NCBI GenBank assembly: GCA_965649265.1
Contig: CBFGKC010000001.1
Coordinates: 306,931 to 370,930 of the forward strand
DNA: 64,000 nucleotides
Reading direction: 5' to 3'
Origin: a candidate division WOR-3 bacterium
GTDB taxonomy: Bacteria > Hydrothermota > Tepidihabitantia > B3-TA06
The position numbers and the translations under genes were made by a program. Positions 9,986-19,810 of this stretch are shown here, piece after piece. The notes beneath the pieces were generated by a model that worked only from the letters and a program-made list of their open reading frames with translations, made no database searches and had not been told where the DNA came from. The stretch's first letter is position 1. Each line of letters begins with the position of its first letter.

Positions 9986-11232
9986 ACTTCTTTTCCCAGC
10001 TCAAGATGGCCACTGTTTCGCTTCGTTACAACAAGAGCCGTTCGTTTCTCACGACCCTCGGGATAATCATCGGCGTTATGACCGTTATTGCCATCCTCTC
10101 CCTTCTTCAGGCGCTCAACAACAAAATCACGAGCGAGTTTTCCGCTCTCGGTACAAACACCATCTATATTCAAAAAATGGAATGGATGATGGGGGGGCCA
10201 GGCCGCAGGCCCGATTTTGACGAGATTCGCAAACGTCCCAATTTCAAGATCGAGGATGCGGAGTCGCTTTCAAAGCTCTCCACCGTTCAGGTGGCGGTTC
10301 CGGTAATCTCGAGAGACGTGGGTACTCTAAAGAGATTCGGCAGCGAGGCCGATAACTGCGAGCTTGAAGGTACTACCGAGGGCGCGGACCTGACCGAGAA
10401 CCTTGTGCTGGCAGAGGGCCGTTTCATCAATCGCGACGACGCCATTCACCGCAGGATGGTCTGCGTCATAGGCTCCTACATCGCCGATAATCTTTTCGGC
10501 ACTGAAGACCCGATCGGCAAGACGCTTGACGTCGACAACCACCGCTACCTTATAGTCGGCACGCTTGAAGAAAAGGGTGCCATGTTCGGCTCGAGCATGG
10601 ATAACAGGGTTATCGTACCCATCACGACTTATCTCAAGTACAGTCCGCAGCCCCGTGGATTCCAGGCGGTTTTCGGCGGTATCTCGATTGAGGTGCTGCC
10701 CAAGAAGAGCGTCAACATGGATAAAGCCCTCGAAGACGTGGAGGAGAGGATGCGGCTGATACGTGGTTTGCGCTATGACCAGGACGACAACTTCGGGCTC
10801 AACACCCAGCAGATGCTTCTCACGTCGGTCAAGAGCATCACGAGCGTAGCGTGGCTCGTGATGGTCGGCGTTGCGGCCATCTCCCTCATAGTCGGCGGCA
10901 TCGGGATCATGAACACCATGCTCGTTTCCGTTGCCGAACGCACCAGGGAGATAGGTATTCGCAAATCCGTAGGGGCGCGGGACGTGGACATCCTGTGGCA
11001 GTTCCTGCTCGAATCGGTGGTGCTTTCCATGCTGGGCGGGGCGATAGGAATAGTACTCGGCCTTGGAATTGCCCTTCTTGCCTCGGGGCTTTTTAAACTC
11101 GAAGCTACTGCTCCCTGGTGGACAATAATCCTGGGCTTCGGTTTCTCCGCGGCGGTAGGTATCTTCTTCGGCATCTACCCGGCGCAGAAGGCGGCAAAGC
11201 TCAACCCCATAAACGCCATTCGCTACGAGTAA
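9982..11232 (+). CDS. MacB-type ABC permease
   Basis: RSFLTTLGIIIG; GGIGIMNTMLVSVAERTREIGIRKSVGA; YPAQKAAKLNPINAIRYE. Confidence 0.95.
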   Translation: MNFFSQLKMATVSLRYNKSRSFLTTLGIIIGVMTVIAILSLLQALNNKITSEFSALGTNTIYIQKMEWMMGGPGRRPDFDEIRKRPNFKIEDAESLSKLSTVQVAVPVISRDVGTLKRFGSEADNCELEGTTEGADLTENLVLAEGRFINRDDAIHRRMVCVIGSYIADNLFGTEDPIGKTLDVDNHRYLIVGTLEEKGAMFGSSMDNRVIVPITTYLKYSPQPRGFQAVFGGISIEVLPKKSVNMDKALEDVEERMRLIRGLRYDQDDNFGLNTQQMLLTSVKSITSVAWLVMVGVAAISLIVGGIGIMNTMLVSVAERTREIGIRKSVGARDVDILWQFLLESVVLSMLGGAIGIVLGLGIALLASGLFKLEATAPWWTIILGFGFSAAVGIFFGIYPAQKAAKLNPINAIRYE

Positions 11233-11466
11233 TGCCGCTCAGGAAGTAGTCCTGTATAATCAATAACCCGTTGTACCGTCCGCGGCGCCGAGGGAATGCT
11301 CCAGGTCCGGCTCCTATTTGGTGAAGATTGATTTAGCAAGGTCGGCGGGTAACCCCGGCCCATTTCGAATCCATGTGCCACAATTCTTTATTTCGTAAGA
11401 ATGTCCGCAAAGATCACCTTCAATCGAACCAGGGGGGAGGGGGGCTGTTTTAGGTCAGGTAAGTTG

Positions 11467-12405
11467 TTAAAAGGCGAGTCTGGACTTCTTTTTGTCCGCC
11501 GGCGGTGCCGCCTTCTTCTCCTCGGACTTTGGCTGTTCCACGGGCTGCGGCTTAGGCTGAGATTTCTCCTCGACTCTGGGCTGAGGTTTTTGTTCTTCGG
11601 GCTTCGATTGCGGCTGCGGCTCGATTCTCGGCGGCTGTGTCGTGGTTACCGTTTCCTGGACAGGTTTGGGTTTCGGCTGCTCTATCTGGGCGCCGCCTGC
11701 CCTCAGGCGCTGCTCGTTCAGCTCAAGAATCTGACCTTCTAGCTCGTGAATTCGGCGCTCCAGTGCAGAAATCTTGGCTCCTATGGCCGGCGAATTCTTC
11801 AACTCCTCCCACGTCTTCTGTTCGAGCTGCCCCTCCATGGCCTTAAGTTCGTCGTGCTTCAGCTTGACCCTGTCTCTATCTTCCCTTAGCTCCGCGATCT
11901 CGCGCTCGAGATGAGTTTTTTCCTTGATGGCCATCTCCATCGCTGAGTGCTCGCGCCTCAAGTATTCTAAACGCTTGTTGATGTCCTGTTCCTCCCTCTC
12001 AAGGGTTCGGAGCTTGGCCTCGGTCATGGAGAGCTCGCGCCGCCGCTTCTCGACCGTTTCCTGTGAGATGTAGTCGGGATGACCGGGTGCTATGGTTCCT
12101 TCGGGCGGTTTCGTACGGCGTATGACTTCGTTTTCCACAAGGCTACCTTGATCTTTAATATCATCCTTGCCTTTTGCAGCCTCGCCGCGATCCATTTTTT
12201 CCCAAACTGTCTTCTGGTCCACGGGAGGTTTCTTCTCAGGTTCCTTACGTGGTTCCGTTGAACTCATCTTGCCGAATTTGCGTTCTAGCTCCTTAAGCTT
12301 TTCCAGGTCCTCCGGATTTGCCTGTACTTCCTTCTTCTCCTCGGGCTGTTTCTCCGGTTTCTTCTCCGGCAGCTCTTTTTCGTTCTTTGGTGTAAATTTC
12401 GGCAT
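11467..12405 (-). CDS. Hypothetical coiled-coil protein with K/E/P/Q-rich disordered termini
   Basis: 312-aa ORF with heptad-like central region; promoter TTGACT-16-TATTCT ends 6 nt before the ATG. Confidence 0.7.
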   Translation of the reverse strand: MPKFTPKNEKELPEKKPEKQPEEKKEVQANPEDLEKLKELERKFGKMSSTEPRKEPEKKPPVDQKTVWEKMDRGEAAKGKDDIKDQGSLVENEVIRRTKPPEGTIAPGHPDYISQETVEKRRRELSMTEAKLRTLEREEQDINKRLEYLRREHSAMEMAIKEKTHLEREIAELREDRDRVKLKHDELKAMEGQLEQKTWEELKNSPAIGAKISALERRIHELEGQILELNEQRLRAGGAQIEQPKPKPVQETVTTTQPPRIEPQPQSKPEEQKPQPRVEEKSQPKPQPVEQPKSEEKKAAPPADKKKSRLAF

Positions 12406-12549
12406 ACTTATAGAATAGTGATAAATCGGCGATAGTCAAGAGGGTGCAGACAAGCAACGCAACTTTTTATAAAATTCCTAATCCTGAAAACCAACTCGCT
12501 CGAATTGGTGAAAAGGTTGCATGACATGCAGATATACGTAAACTAATCA

Positions 12550-13941
12550 ATGTCAGTTCAAATAAAGTTCCTCGGGGCTGCGGGAAGCGTTACAGGCTCC
12601 AAGTTTATCCTCCGCACAAAAAAAGAGTCTCTTCTGACCGAATTCGGGCTGGTCCAGGGGCATCGTAAACAGGCGTTCGAGGAAAACAGCACCGTCTCTC
12701 AGGAAGCCCTGAAGACCGGCGCCATGCTGCTTTCTCACGCCCACCTTGACCATTCGGGGAACATCCCGAGGCTCGTAAGCCACGGATACAAGAGGACCAT
12801 TTACGCGACTGGCGGCACAATTGACCTTGCGAAAATAATGCTTCTTGACTCCGCCGAGATCCAGACGCGCGACGTTGAGTACGTCAACAAGAAGAACCTT
12901 AAGCGAGGCGAGCCTCCGGTGGAGCCTCTTTACACCACAGAGGACGTCGAAGCCGCGCTCGAGAGCTTTTCGGCCCTGCAATACCGCGCAAGCTCCGAGA
13001 TCCTTCCGGGAATCGCCGCAACTCTTTACGACGCCGGACATATTCTGGGCTCCGCCCAGATTCTATACGAGACAGAAGGTCAAAGAATACTTTTCACGGG
13101 TGACCTTGGCCGCTCGAACCTGCCCGTAGTGCGCGATCCGGAGCACGTTCCTTCTCCCGATATCATCATTTGCGAATCCACTTACGGCAATCGTGTTCAC
13201 AAGCCGCTCGCCGAGGCAAAAGAGCGGCTGGCTGAAATCCTCGTTCGTGCATGCAGCAGAAGAGCAAAGATCCTGGTGCCGGCGTTCGCCGTCGGGCGAA
13301 CCCAGTCCCTCGTGCTGGTCATGCACGAGTTGATGGATGAGGGAAGGCTGCCGGCGATGCCTTTTTGGGTCGATTCGCCTCTTTCCCTCGAGGCCACGCA
13401 GGTCTTCGAGAGACATCCGGAATGCTTTGACGCGGAAACTGCCGACTTCCTCAAGAGAAGAGAAGATCCGTTCGGATTCTCGAGACTCAAGTACGTGAAG
13501 ACGGTCGATGAATCAAAGGCTCTCAACGAAATCGAGGGACCTTGCGTCATTATAGCCTCTTCAGGAATGTGCGAAGGAGGCCGGGTTGTTCACCACCTTA
13601 AGAAAATAATACCCGATTCGAATAATCTCCTTCTCCTCACCGGACACCAGGCCGAGGGGACACTCGGAAGGCGCATATTGGAAGGTGCCGAAATTGTTCG
13701 CCTCTTCGGGGAGGAGTATCCCTTGAACTGTGAGGTCGAGGTTCTTAACGAATACTCCGCGCACGCGGATAAAAACGACCTCCTCAATTTTTTCAAGGGG
13801 TACGACCCGGGAAAGGTCAAACAGGTCTTTCTCGTGCACGGCGAAGCCGATCAGAGCGAGGCTCTCGCGCTTTCCCTCGCCGAACTCGGTTACTCGTACG
13901 TGACTGTTCCCACGGTCGGAAAGGATTATGAAATCGCCTGA
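12550..13941 (+). CDS. MBL-fold beta-CASP metallo-hydrolase (ribonuclease family)
   Basis: HAHLDH, AGHILGSA, FTGDLG, ESTYG, FAVGRTQ, SAHAD, VHGE motifs. Confidence 0.92.
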   Translation: MSVQIKFLGAAGSVTGSKFILRTKKESLLTEFGLVQGHRKQAFEENSTVSQEALKTGAMLLSHAHLDHSGNIPRLVSHGYKRTIYATGGTIDLAKIMLLDSAEIQTRDVEYVNKKNLKRGEPPVEPLYTTEDVEAALESFSALQYRASSEILPGIAATLYDAGHILGSAQILYETEGQRILFTGDLGRSNLPVVRDPEHVPSPDIIICESTYGNRVHKPLAEAKERLAEILVRACSRRAKILVPAFAVGRTQSLVLVMHELMDEGRLPAMPFWVDSPLSLEATQVFERHPECFDAETADFLKRREDPFGFSRLKYVKTVDESKALNEIEGPCVIIASSGMCEGGRVVHHLKKIIPDSNNLLLLTGHQAEGTLGRRILEGAEIVRLFGEEYPLNCEVEVLNEYSAHADKNDLLNFFKGYDPGKVKQVFLVHGEADQSEALALSLAELGYSYVTVPTVGKDYEIA

Positions 13942-14866
13942 AGAAAAGAAAGACCCCCTCCTGGAGGAGTTTCTGAACTATCTCACCGCAGAGAGGGGGT
14001 TATCCGCGAACTCCACCGAGGCCTACGCAAGGGATCTCGTGCAGTTCGGGACTTTCCTTCAGAGTGCAGGCTCCTCATTCCGCGCGGTGACGTCCGGCAC
14101 AATCAGGCAGTATCTCGGACGTATGGACGAGGCCGGTCTCGAGCCGCGATCGGCGGCGCGTAAGCTCTCCGCCATCCGCATGTTCCTGCGTTATCTCAAC
14201 GACACCGGAAAGATAGCGGGCGACCCTGGCGAAAACGTGTCCGGACCGCGCCTTGGCCGAAAGCTGCCCGAAGTCCTTTCCCCTGAAGAGGTGGAAAGAA
14301 TCCTGGCCGCCGCACAGCGCTCTCAGGCGTCCTCGAAGAGTGAGAAAGCCACGGCGCTTGCCGCGCGCGACTGGGCGATGCTCGAGGTCATCTACGGTGC
14401 CGGCCTTCGCATTTCCGAACTCACCGGCCTGCATCTGGGAGACTTGTATCTTGCAGACGGATTCATACGCGTGATCGGTAAGGGCGATAAGGAAAGGGTG
14501 GTGCCTCTTGGTGAGCCGGCAATTCGCTCGCTCAGACGCTACATCGATACCGCAAGGTCTTCGCTCACCACGGCAAAGGGCGGGGTACGCGATATCGTAT
14601 TCCTCAATACCCGCGGGTCGGGGCTTTCCAGAATGGGCGCATGGAAGATAATTCGTTTCTACGTTCAGGCAGCCGGGATAAAGTCCCACGTTACCCCGCA
14701 CACGTTTCGCCACTCGTTCGCGACGCACCTCCTTGAGGGAGGCGCGGACCTTCGCGCCGTGCAGGAGATGCTTGGACATTCGAGCATCACGACTACCGAA
14801 ATCTACACTCATGTGGATCGTTCGTATCTTCGCGAGGTCTACAGAAGTTTTCACCCCAGGGCATAA
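13928..14866 (+). CDS. xerD: Site-specific tyrosine recombinase XerD
   Basis: SAM-like N-domain (ERGLSANSTEAYARDL); YGAGLRISEL; GKGDKERVVP; PHTFRHSFATHLLEGGADLRAVQEMLGH...TTEIYTH...FHPRA. Confidence 0.92.
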   Translation: MKSPEEKKDPLLEEFLNYLTAERGLSANSTEAYARDLVQFGTFLQSAGSSFRAVTSGTIRQYLGRMDEAGLEPRSAARKLSAIRMFLRYLNDTGKIAGDPGENVSGPRLGRKLPEVLSPEEVERILAAAQRSQASSKSEKATALAARDWAMLEVIYGAGLRISELTGLHLGDLYLADGFIRVIGKGDKERVVPLGEPAIRSLRRYIDTARSSLTTAKGGVRDIVFLNTRGSGLSRMGAWKIIRFYVQAAGIKSHVTPHTFRHSFATHLLEGGADLRAVQEMLGHSSITTTEIYTHVDRSYLREVYRSFHPRA

Positions 14867-14878
14867 GGTTTCTCTGTC

Positions 14879-15253
14879 ATGAGCGGATTTCTTACCGACG
14901 ACGAATTCGACTCCATCGTCCGAGAAGTAATAGAAGGCCTTCCGCAGGAGTTCAGGGACGCGCTTGACGAACGCAACATAGTCATAGCCGTGAAAGATAT
15001 GCCCGACAGTGCCGACCCTCCCGACTTCATGCGAGGAAGGGTTCTGGGATTCTACCACGGAGTTCCGCTGCGTCGGAGGGGAGGGGACGGTCACGCCTTG
15101 TGGCCCGACAGGATAGTCATCTACAAATCCCTGATCGAACGCTACTCATCCACCCCCGACCAGGCGCGAGAGCTGCTGCGCCGCGTGGTCTTCCACGAGA
15201 TAGGGCACTTCTTCGGCCTCTCGGACGAGGAGCTGCGCCGACTGGGATACTGA
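14879..15253 (+). CDS. Zincin-like metallopeptidase (DUF1025-like)
   Basis: LGFYHGVP, PDRIVIY, HEIGHFFGLSDEEL. Confidence 0.85.
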   Translation: MSGFLTDDEFDSIVREVIEGLPQEFRDALDERNIVIAVKDMPDSADPPDFMRGRVLGFYHGVPLRRRGGDGHALWPDRIVIYKSLIERYSSTPDQARELLRRVVFHEIGHFFGLSDEELRRLGY

Positions 15254-15258
15254 TAAAT

Positions 15259-15294
15259 CCCCGGAAAATCAACCGGTGATTTTCCGGGAACCCC
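15259..15294 (+). repeat. REP-like hairpin with GGNNACCCC tail, copy 1
   Basis: CCCGGAAAATCA-accgg-TGATTTTCCGGG-AACCCC; related copies at 15959, 43424 and 61873. Confidence 0.6.
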
Positions 15295-15470
15295 TGATCT
15301 TGCACAAAAAAGGCGTCGCATCTTGATGGGATCTCTATCTTAACACCCTATAAATAATGCGCCTGAATCTCGATTTAAATTGGGTCGATTATCATCCGAA
15401 AAGAGATTGACAAATCCACTGGAACAACATATCATCGTCAGCTGTCATTTTCCATCAAGGAGGTTCGCAG

Positions 15471-15953
15471 ATGAAATTAATCTTCAGGTATCGAATCCTA
15501 ATTTTACTCGTCCTGTTCTTTGTTGCGCCGTTCATCGTAAGGGCCGAATCGGCTTCATACAAAATAGCTTCTGTTAAGGCGTATCTTTTCTACAACCACT
15601 CCGGTTCTTTCTCCGAGAACGTAATAGACAATCCCGATTTCGTCTTCTGGAACGCGATAATCGGTGAGGGATCGGCAAAAGAGCCGTCGGACGCCGTCTT
15701 TGTAGACGTGGAGATCGAGGGACCTCCGGGTTCCTATGAATCAAGAAACATCCAACTTGAAGTTTCCGAGGCCGGGCAGGCTGTCCTTAAAAAGTCACTT
15801 GATATCGGTATTCTGAGTGATGAGGGGAGTTACCACGCCGGTTTCTGGCTTTACGAAACCGGATGCGCTCCGGTAAAACTTATCGTGAAAATCCTGGGCC
15901 AGGACGAGGAAGAGAAGATAGTAAAAGAAATACCTTTTGCCTGTGGGGAATAA
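15471..15953 (+). CDS. Hypothetical secreted protein
   Basis: SD AAGGAGG; signal peptide ending VRA; two Cys (TGC, CGE); own promoter TTGACA-17-TATCAT at 15407-15435. Confidence 0.75.
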   Translation: MKLIFRYRILILLVLFFVAPFIVRAESASYKIASVKAYLFYNHSGSFSENVIDNPDFVFWNAIIGEGSAKEPSDAVFVDVEIEGPPGSYESRNIQLEVSEAGQAVLKKSLDIGILSDEGSYHAGFWLYETGCAPVKLIVKILGQDEEEKIVKEIPFACGE

Positions 15954-15958
15954 ATGAA

Positions 15959-15998
15959 CCTCCATAAAAAATGCAGGGCATTTTTTATGGGAGACCCC
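15959..15998 (+). repeat. REP-like hairpin, copy 2
   Basis: CCATAAAAAATGC-agg-GCATTTTTTATGG-GAGACCCC. Confidence 0.6.
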
Positions 15999-16087
15999 AA
16001 TTTAAACTCCGTCAAAACACGTAGTGTTTTGGCGGAGAGCATAAAAAAATCCCGCGAATCGAGTAATCACGACTCGCGGGAATAAAG

Positions 16088-16169
16088 TGCCGGGGGCGGG
16101 ATTTGAACCCGCACGGAGTTACCCATACGCCCCTCAAACGTACGTGTCTGCCATTTTCACCACCCCGGC
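16088..16169 (-). tRNA. tRNA-Leu(GAG)
   Basis: Reverse strand GCCGGGG...TACGT-TTGAGGG-GCGTA, long variable arm, GGTTCAAATCC, CCCCGGCA; CCA not encoded. Confidence 0.95.
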
Positions 16170-16246
16170 GTCGGACGTAAATATAACCAGGAGGAGCCAA
16201 AAGTCAAGCCCTTATGAACGACGTCCGGCCTCTCAGAGCCAAGCCC

Positions 16247-16288
16247 CTTGACAACATCCAGAAGAGAAGTATGCTTTGATATTAAGAA
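16247..16288 (+). repeat. 42-bp exact direct repeat, copy 1 (contains promoter TTGACA-16-TATGCT)
   Basis: CTTGACAACATCCAGAAGAGAAGTATGCTTTGATATTAAGAA, identical to 18562-18603. Confidence 0.95.
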
Positions 16289-16385
16289 TTCGAGTTAACA
16301 TAGAAGGGAGGTGATAAGTACATCACCCAAACAACAAACAATGAGGAGGGCTAAATAAAGAAGAAGGAGTGAAAGGAGAAATTCA

Positions 16386-18413
16386 ATGAAAAGCATTATA
16401 TCGGAAGTAATGGTGACCATTGTGTTACTCATGGCGGACTCTGTCAAGCTTCAAGCGATTGAGGTATCTGAAAACTTAAGAGAACGAGTTGCTATGCCTC
16501 AACTGGATCTTTGGAGTTCTCGTAATCCGGGAAAAAACATGGAAATCGAACAAAACAGTATATTAGGTAATATATCTTCTGCAACCAACGTCCTTCCTGG
16601 GTTATTGATTATCTACGCACCAAATTGTGTATGGCATCATAATACAGAAGATGGTCTGTCTTGGCTAGATGGATTCATAAATTGGAAAAAAGCCATGGGG
16701 TATCACGTTGATACTGTTTGTTTAGGAGCAATTCCGAGTATCAATCTACTTGCGCCTAATACCAATGATGTAGATGATGTCAAAGAGTATATTCAGCTCT
16801 GGTATGCAACTAACCATGAAATCACATGTGACCCCAAATACGTTCTTCTGATCGGAGATGCATTTAGTGTTCCGTATAACCCTGTTGATCCGGAACTTAT
16901 TGACCCGACTGTTGCACAAAAAGCCGATTCAAGTCATATGCCAACCTATGCTGGGTACACTCGACCTGCGGGATTACCTCCATCGAATAATGAGACTGAT
17001 GATATTTACGATGATTTTTATTACCAACTTTTGAGTGGTGAAGATGATGAACCAGACATAGCAATTGGACGCTGGTGTACCAGGAATCCTGTGGACTTTC
17101 GTTACTGGGTTGCAAGGCAAATCAATTTCTACGAAGCCTATCCTTCAAGTAATTGGGACTGCGATCGTTTGTTGTTTGTTGCAAGCAAAGCCGTGATAAA
17201 TCTAATAACAATGAAGAGTGTTAAAGAAAACATTCGAACAAGTTTTGTTCCTAGCTACATCGTGACTGAAGCATATGGAGTAGATGGTGCAACAAATAAC
17301 GATATTTGCAATGCCTTAAACACAAACCGTGGTGTAGGGGTTGTGAACTATCTTGGTCACGGGAGTACTAACTCTTGGTGGAACTGGAATTTGTCAAGTC
17401 AATCATTTACAACTGCAAACATATCAGCTTTAGCTAATTGGGATATGTGTCCAGTTGTTTTTTCAACGGCATGTTATACTGGTGATTTTGTTAGTGCACA
17501 TGTCATTTCTTCGGAAGAATGTATGGCTGAGGCGTGGACTCGTAGTAGATATGAGGAATTAGGCGCGGTTGCGGCCTTTGGCTCGGGCCAAATGGGGCCA
17601 GGTTTACCTGATACCCTTGTTGATGTTAAGATATTTGAAGCCTTGTATGCTACAGCCCCCAAGAACTGTGGCGATGCTATAAAGTCAGCTCAGACTTATC
17701 TTGTTGAGAACAACGGTACTTTAGCCCCTTTTGGACTCTATTTAGCAAGAATCTACAATTATTTTGGCGACCCTACGCTAGATGTATGGCGTGACGAACC
17801 CGTTAAAGCCACTCTTGCATACACTCTTGACTATGTAACCGGAGAAATGGAATTCGAAGTCAGGCGAGAGAGCGACAATGTACCCGTACCTGGGGCTTTG
17901 GTTTGCATTTGGAACTCTCAATATCACTGGATAAATCATACAGACATTGCAGGAAAAGCTCAGTTTCCTTTTCCAACCGGTATATACGGTACGTTTAAAG
18001 TTACCGCAACGAATCAGACCGGTCCTATCTGCATCAAACCTGTTGGTATAAGTTTCAATTGCTCCCCTTCTCTGCATTCAAATCATCCAGGCACGGAAGA
18101 ATCCGAAGCAAAAGTGATAGAATGGAATTTGGGTTCAATCAATCCTAATCCGTTTTTTTCTACCACAACGATTTCTTATTCGGTAGGTGGTACAGCTGGT
18201 TCAGCGGACCCCCAACCTATGGTTCTGAGCATCTTCGATGTATCAGGGCGACACGTCAGGCAATTGGTTAAAGAGCAGAAAACCCCAGGAAGCTATCAGG
18301 TAACCTGGAATGGCCGCGATGAAAAAGGTTCCATATGCCCTAAAGGGATTTACCTGGTGCGGATGTATTGTAAGGAATTCTACGCCAAAGAGTGTATAGT
18401 TTTCCTTAGATGA
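16386..18413 (+). CDS. Peptidase C25 (gingipain-like) cysteine protease with FlgD/T9SS C-terminal domain
   Basis: YVLLIGD, PDIAIGRW, catalytic NYLGHG and STAC, NYFGDPTL; CTD NPNPF...IFDVSGR...WNGRD...GIYLVRM; visibly more AT-rich than its flanks. Confidence 0.9.
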   Translation: MKSIISEVMVTIVLLMADSVKLQAIEVSENLRERVAMPQLDLWSSRNPGKNMEIEQNSILGNISSATNVLPGLLIIYAPNCVWHHNTEDGLSWLDGFINWKKAMGYHVDTVCLGAIPSINLLAPNTNDVDDVKEYIQLWYATNHEITCDPKYVLLIGDAFSVPYNPVDPELIDPTVAQKADSSHMPTYAGYTRPAGLPPSNNETDDIYDDFYYQLLSGEDDEPDIAIGRWCTRNPVDFRYWVARQINFYEAYPSSNWDCDRLLFVASKAVINLITMKSVKENIRTSFVPSYIVTEAYGVDGATNNDICNALNTNRGVGVVNYLGHGSTNSWWNWNLSSQSFTTANISALANWDMCPVVFSTACYTGDFVSAHVISSEECMAEAWTRSRYEELGAVAAFGSGQMGPGLPDTLVDVKIFEALYATAPKNCGDAIKSAQTYLVENNGTLAPFGLYLARIYNYFGDPTLDVWRDEPVKATLAYTLDYVTGEMEFEVRRESDNVPVPGALVCIWNSQYHWINHTDIAGKAQFPFPTGIYGTFKVTATNQTGPICIKPVGISFNCSPSLHSNHPGTEESEAKVIEWNLGSINPNPFFSTTTISYSVGGTAGSADPQPMVLSIFDVSGRHVRQLVKEQKTPGSYQVTWNGRDEKGSICPKGIYLVRMYCKEFYAKECIVFLR

Positions 18414-18428
18414 TAAATAGATAATGGA

Positions 18429-18470
18429 GCAAAAAGGAGTAGGCAGAGTTTCCGCATACTCCTTTTTTGT
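18429..18470 (+). terminator. Rho-independent terminator of the C25 gene
   Basis: AAAAAGGAGTA...TACTCCTTTTTT stem with U-tract. Confidence 0.75.
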
Positions 18471-18561
18471 AAGTAGTTGACTTGAGATGGTGAATTCCAA
18501 CAAAGCGTAACTATATTAAAGGTCGTACGTTTTAGACAGCTAAAAGTTAATGATTGAACCA

Positions 18562-18603
18562 CTTGACAACATCCAGAAGAGAAGTATGCTTTGATATTAA
18601 GAA
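18562..18603 (+). repeat. 42-bp exact direct repeat, copy 2 (promoter of downstream lipoprotein gene)
   Basis: Identical to 16247-16288. Confidence 0.95.
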
Positions 18604-18642
18604 CACAAGCAAGTTTTAATCGAGCACGTTAGGAGGTGCACG

Positions 18643-19746
18643 ATGAAAAAAGCCTTTGTGGCAGCGTTAGGATTCGCGGGGTTGGTCTTTGTTGGAGTGT
18701 TCGGCATGCTGGCCTGCCAGCAGGCTGATACTGTAGCCCCGCAGATTGCAGACTTTACTGTCGAAGAGACCGGAACAGGCCCATCATACGTTTGGGCTGA
18801 CAGCATAAAAGGTACGGTACTCGTAAGCGTTTCGGCCACCGATAACGTAGGCGTGGATAAGGTAATATTCTTTGTGAACGATATGGACAGTATAGGCGTA
18901 GGTGAACCACTGACCAAGCCTGACAGTCTGACCAGCACGTACCAGTACAAATGGGACACCAAACTCCTTCAGGACAGCGTTCGGTATTCCATTTGCGCAA
19001 GGGTTTACGATGCGGCCGGAAACGTGACCAAATCCGAAGTTAAGAGCTATCTCGTTCGCGTTCCCAACTCTCCTCCGGATACAGCCGATGTTTTAGCCCC
19101 TGTAACGGAGGATTCAACTCAGTATGCCCGCATCACCTTTCAGTGGATTGGCAGCGATCCGGATGTACTACCTTCGCAGCTCGATAAGCTTACATACGAT
19201 GTTTACTTGGACACCAACGGCAATTCATCCTCGAACCTTATTAAGGTAAATACGGCTCCGATACCGAACAGAGATACTACTACGTGGGCGACCGGACAGC
19301 TGCAGAATTTCTATCTCAGACCAGAGACATATTACTACTGGCGAGTTGTTACTATTGATCCATACGGCAAGACAACCCCGACTCAGATTCTCAGGTTCAA
19401 GAGAAGTACAAATACTCAACCGGCAGGCGGTACCCCATCCCTGCCGGCCGATACCAGTGAAATCTTCAGGCCGCAAGGAGATTCCCTGCAACTTCGCTGG
19501 TCTCTTGGTGATCCAGACAGCGATAGAGTTAAGGTTGACATTTACTTCGGTCCAGATCCCGGAACAGCCATCAAGGCTTCAGATCTTCCGATGATCGCAT
19601 CCAATTACGATGGTGTTACCAAATGGGTCAAGCTTACTTCCGACACAGCCTATGCCTGGAGAGTCGTAGGAAGAGACATGTGGGGCCTTTCAAGGGATTC
19701 ATCGGTTCTCGATCCCTGGAAATTCAAGGTAAAAAGCACTAAATAA
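18643..19746 (+). CDS. Lipoprotein with bacterial Ig-like and Fn3-like domains
   Basis: Lipobox MLAC; SATDNVGVDKVIFFVN...WDT...ARVYDAAGN Ig-like domain; two DPD...YDVY/VDIY...WRVV repeats. Confidence 0.8.
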   Translation: MKKAFVAALGFAGLVFVGVFGMLACQQADTVAPQIADFTVEETGTGPSYVWADSIKGTVLVSVSATDNVGVDKVIFFVNDMDSIGVGEPLTKPDSLTSTYQYKWDTKLLQDSVRYSICARVYDAAGNVTKSEVKSYLVRVPNSPPDTADVLAPVTEDSTQYARITFQWIGSDPDVLPSQLDKLTYDVYLDTNGNSSSNLIKVNTAPIPNRDTTTWATGQLQNFYLRPETYYYWRVVTIDPYGKTTPTQILRFKRSTNTQPAGGTPSLPADTSEIFRPQGDSLQLRWSLGDPDSDRVKVDIYFGPDPGTAIKASDLPMIASNYDGVTKWVKLTSDTAYAWRVVGRDMWGLSRDSSVLDPWKFKVKSTK

Positions 19747-19761
19747 AAGAAAAAGTTTTTC

Positions 19762-19796
19762 AATAAAAGAGCGGCCCCTTGGGCCGCTCTTTTATT
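19762..19796. terminator. Bidirectional terminator
   Basis: AATAAAAGAGCGGCCC-ctt-GGGCCGCTCTTTTATT between convergent genes. Confidence 0.85.
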
Positions 19797-19810
19797 TTTG
19801 ATAAATCGAC

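Noticed and set aside
13928-14866. Tyrosine recombinase as a prophage/ICE or integron integrase
   Set aside because: Typical chromosomal XerD sequence and length, embedded in a housekeeping operon. No integron-specific insertion or attC-like sites were seen.
14075-15094. 339-aa antisense ORF, and similar shadow ORFs at 675-1250, 21668-22369, 33319-34173, 37396-38055 and 57993-58751
   Set aside because: They lie opposite well-supported genes and have no motifs or translation signals.
15959-16083. Clustered hairpins as a CRISPR array or ncRNA
   Set aside because: The hairpins differ in sequence and show no repeat-spacer periodicity; no cas genes.
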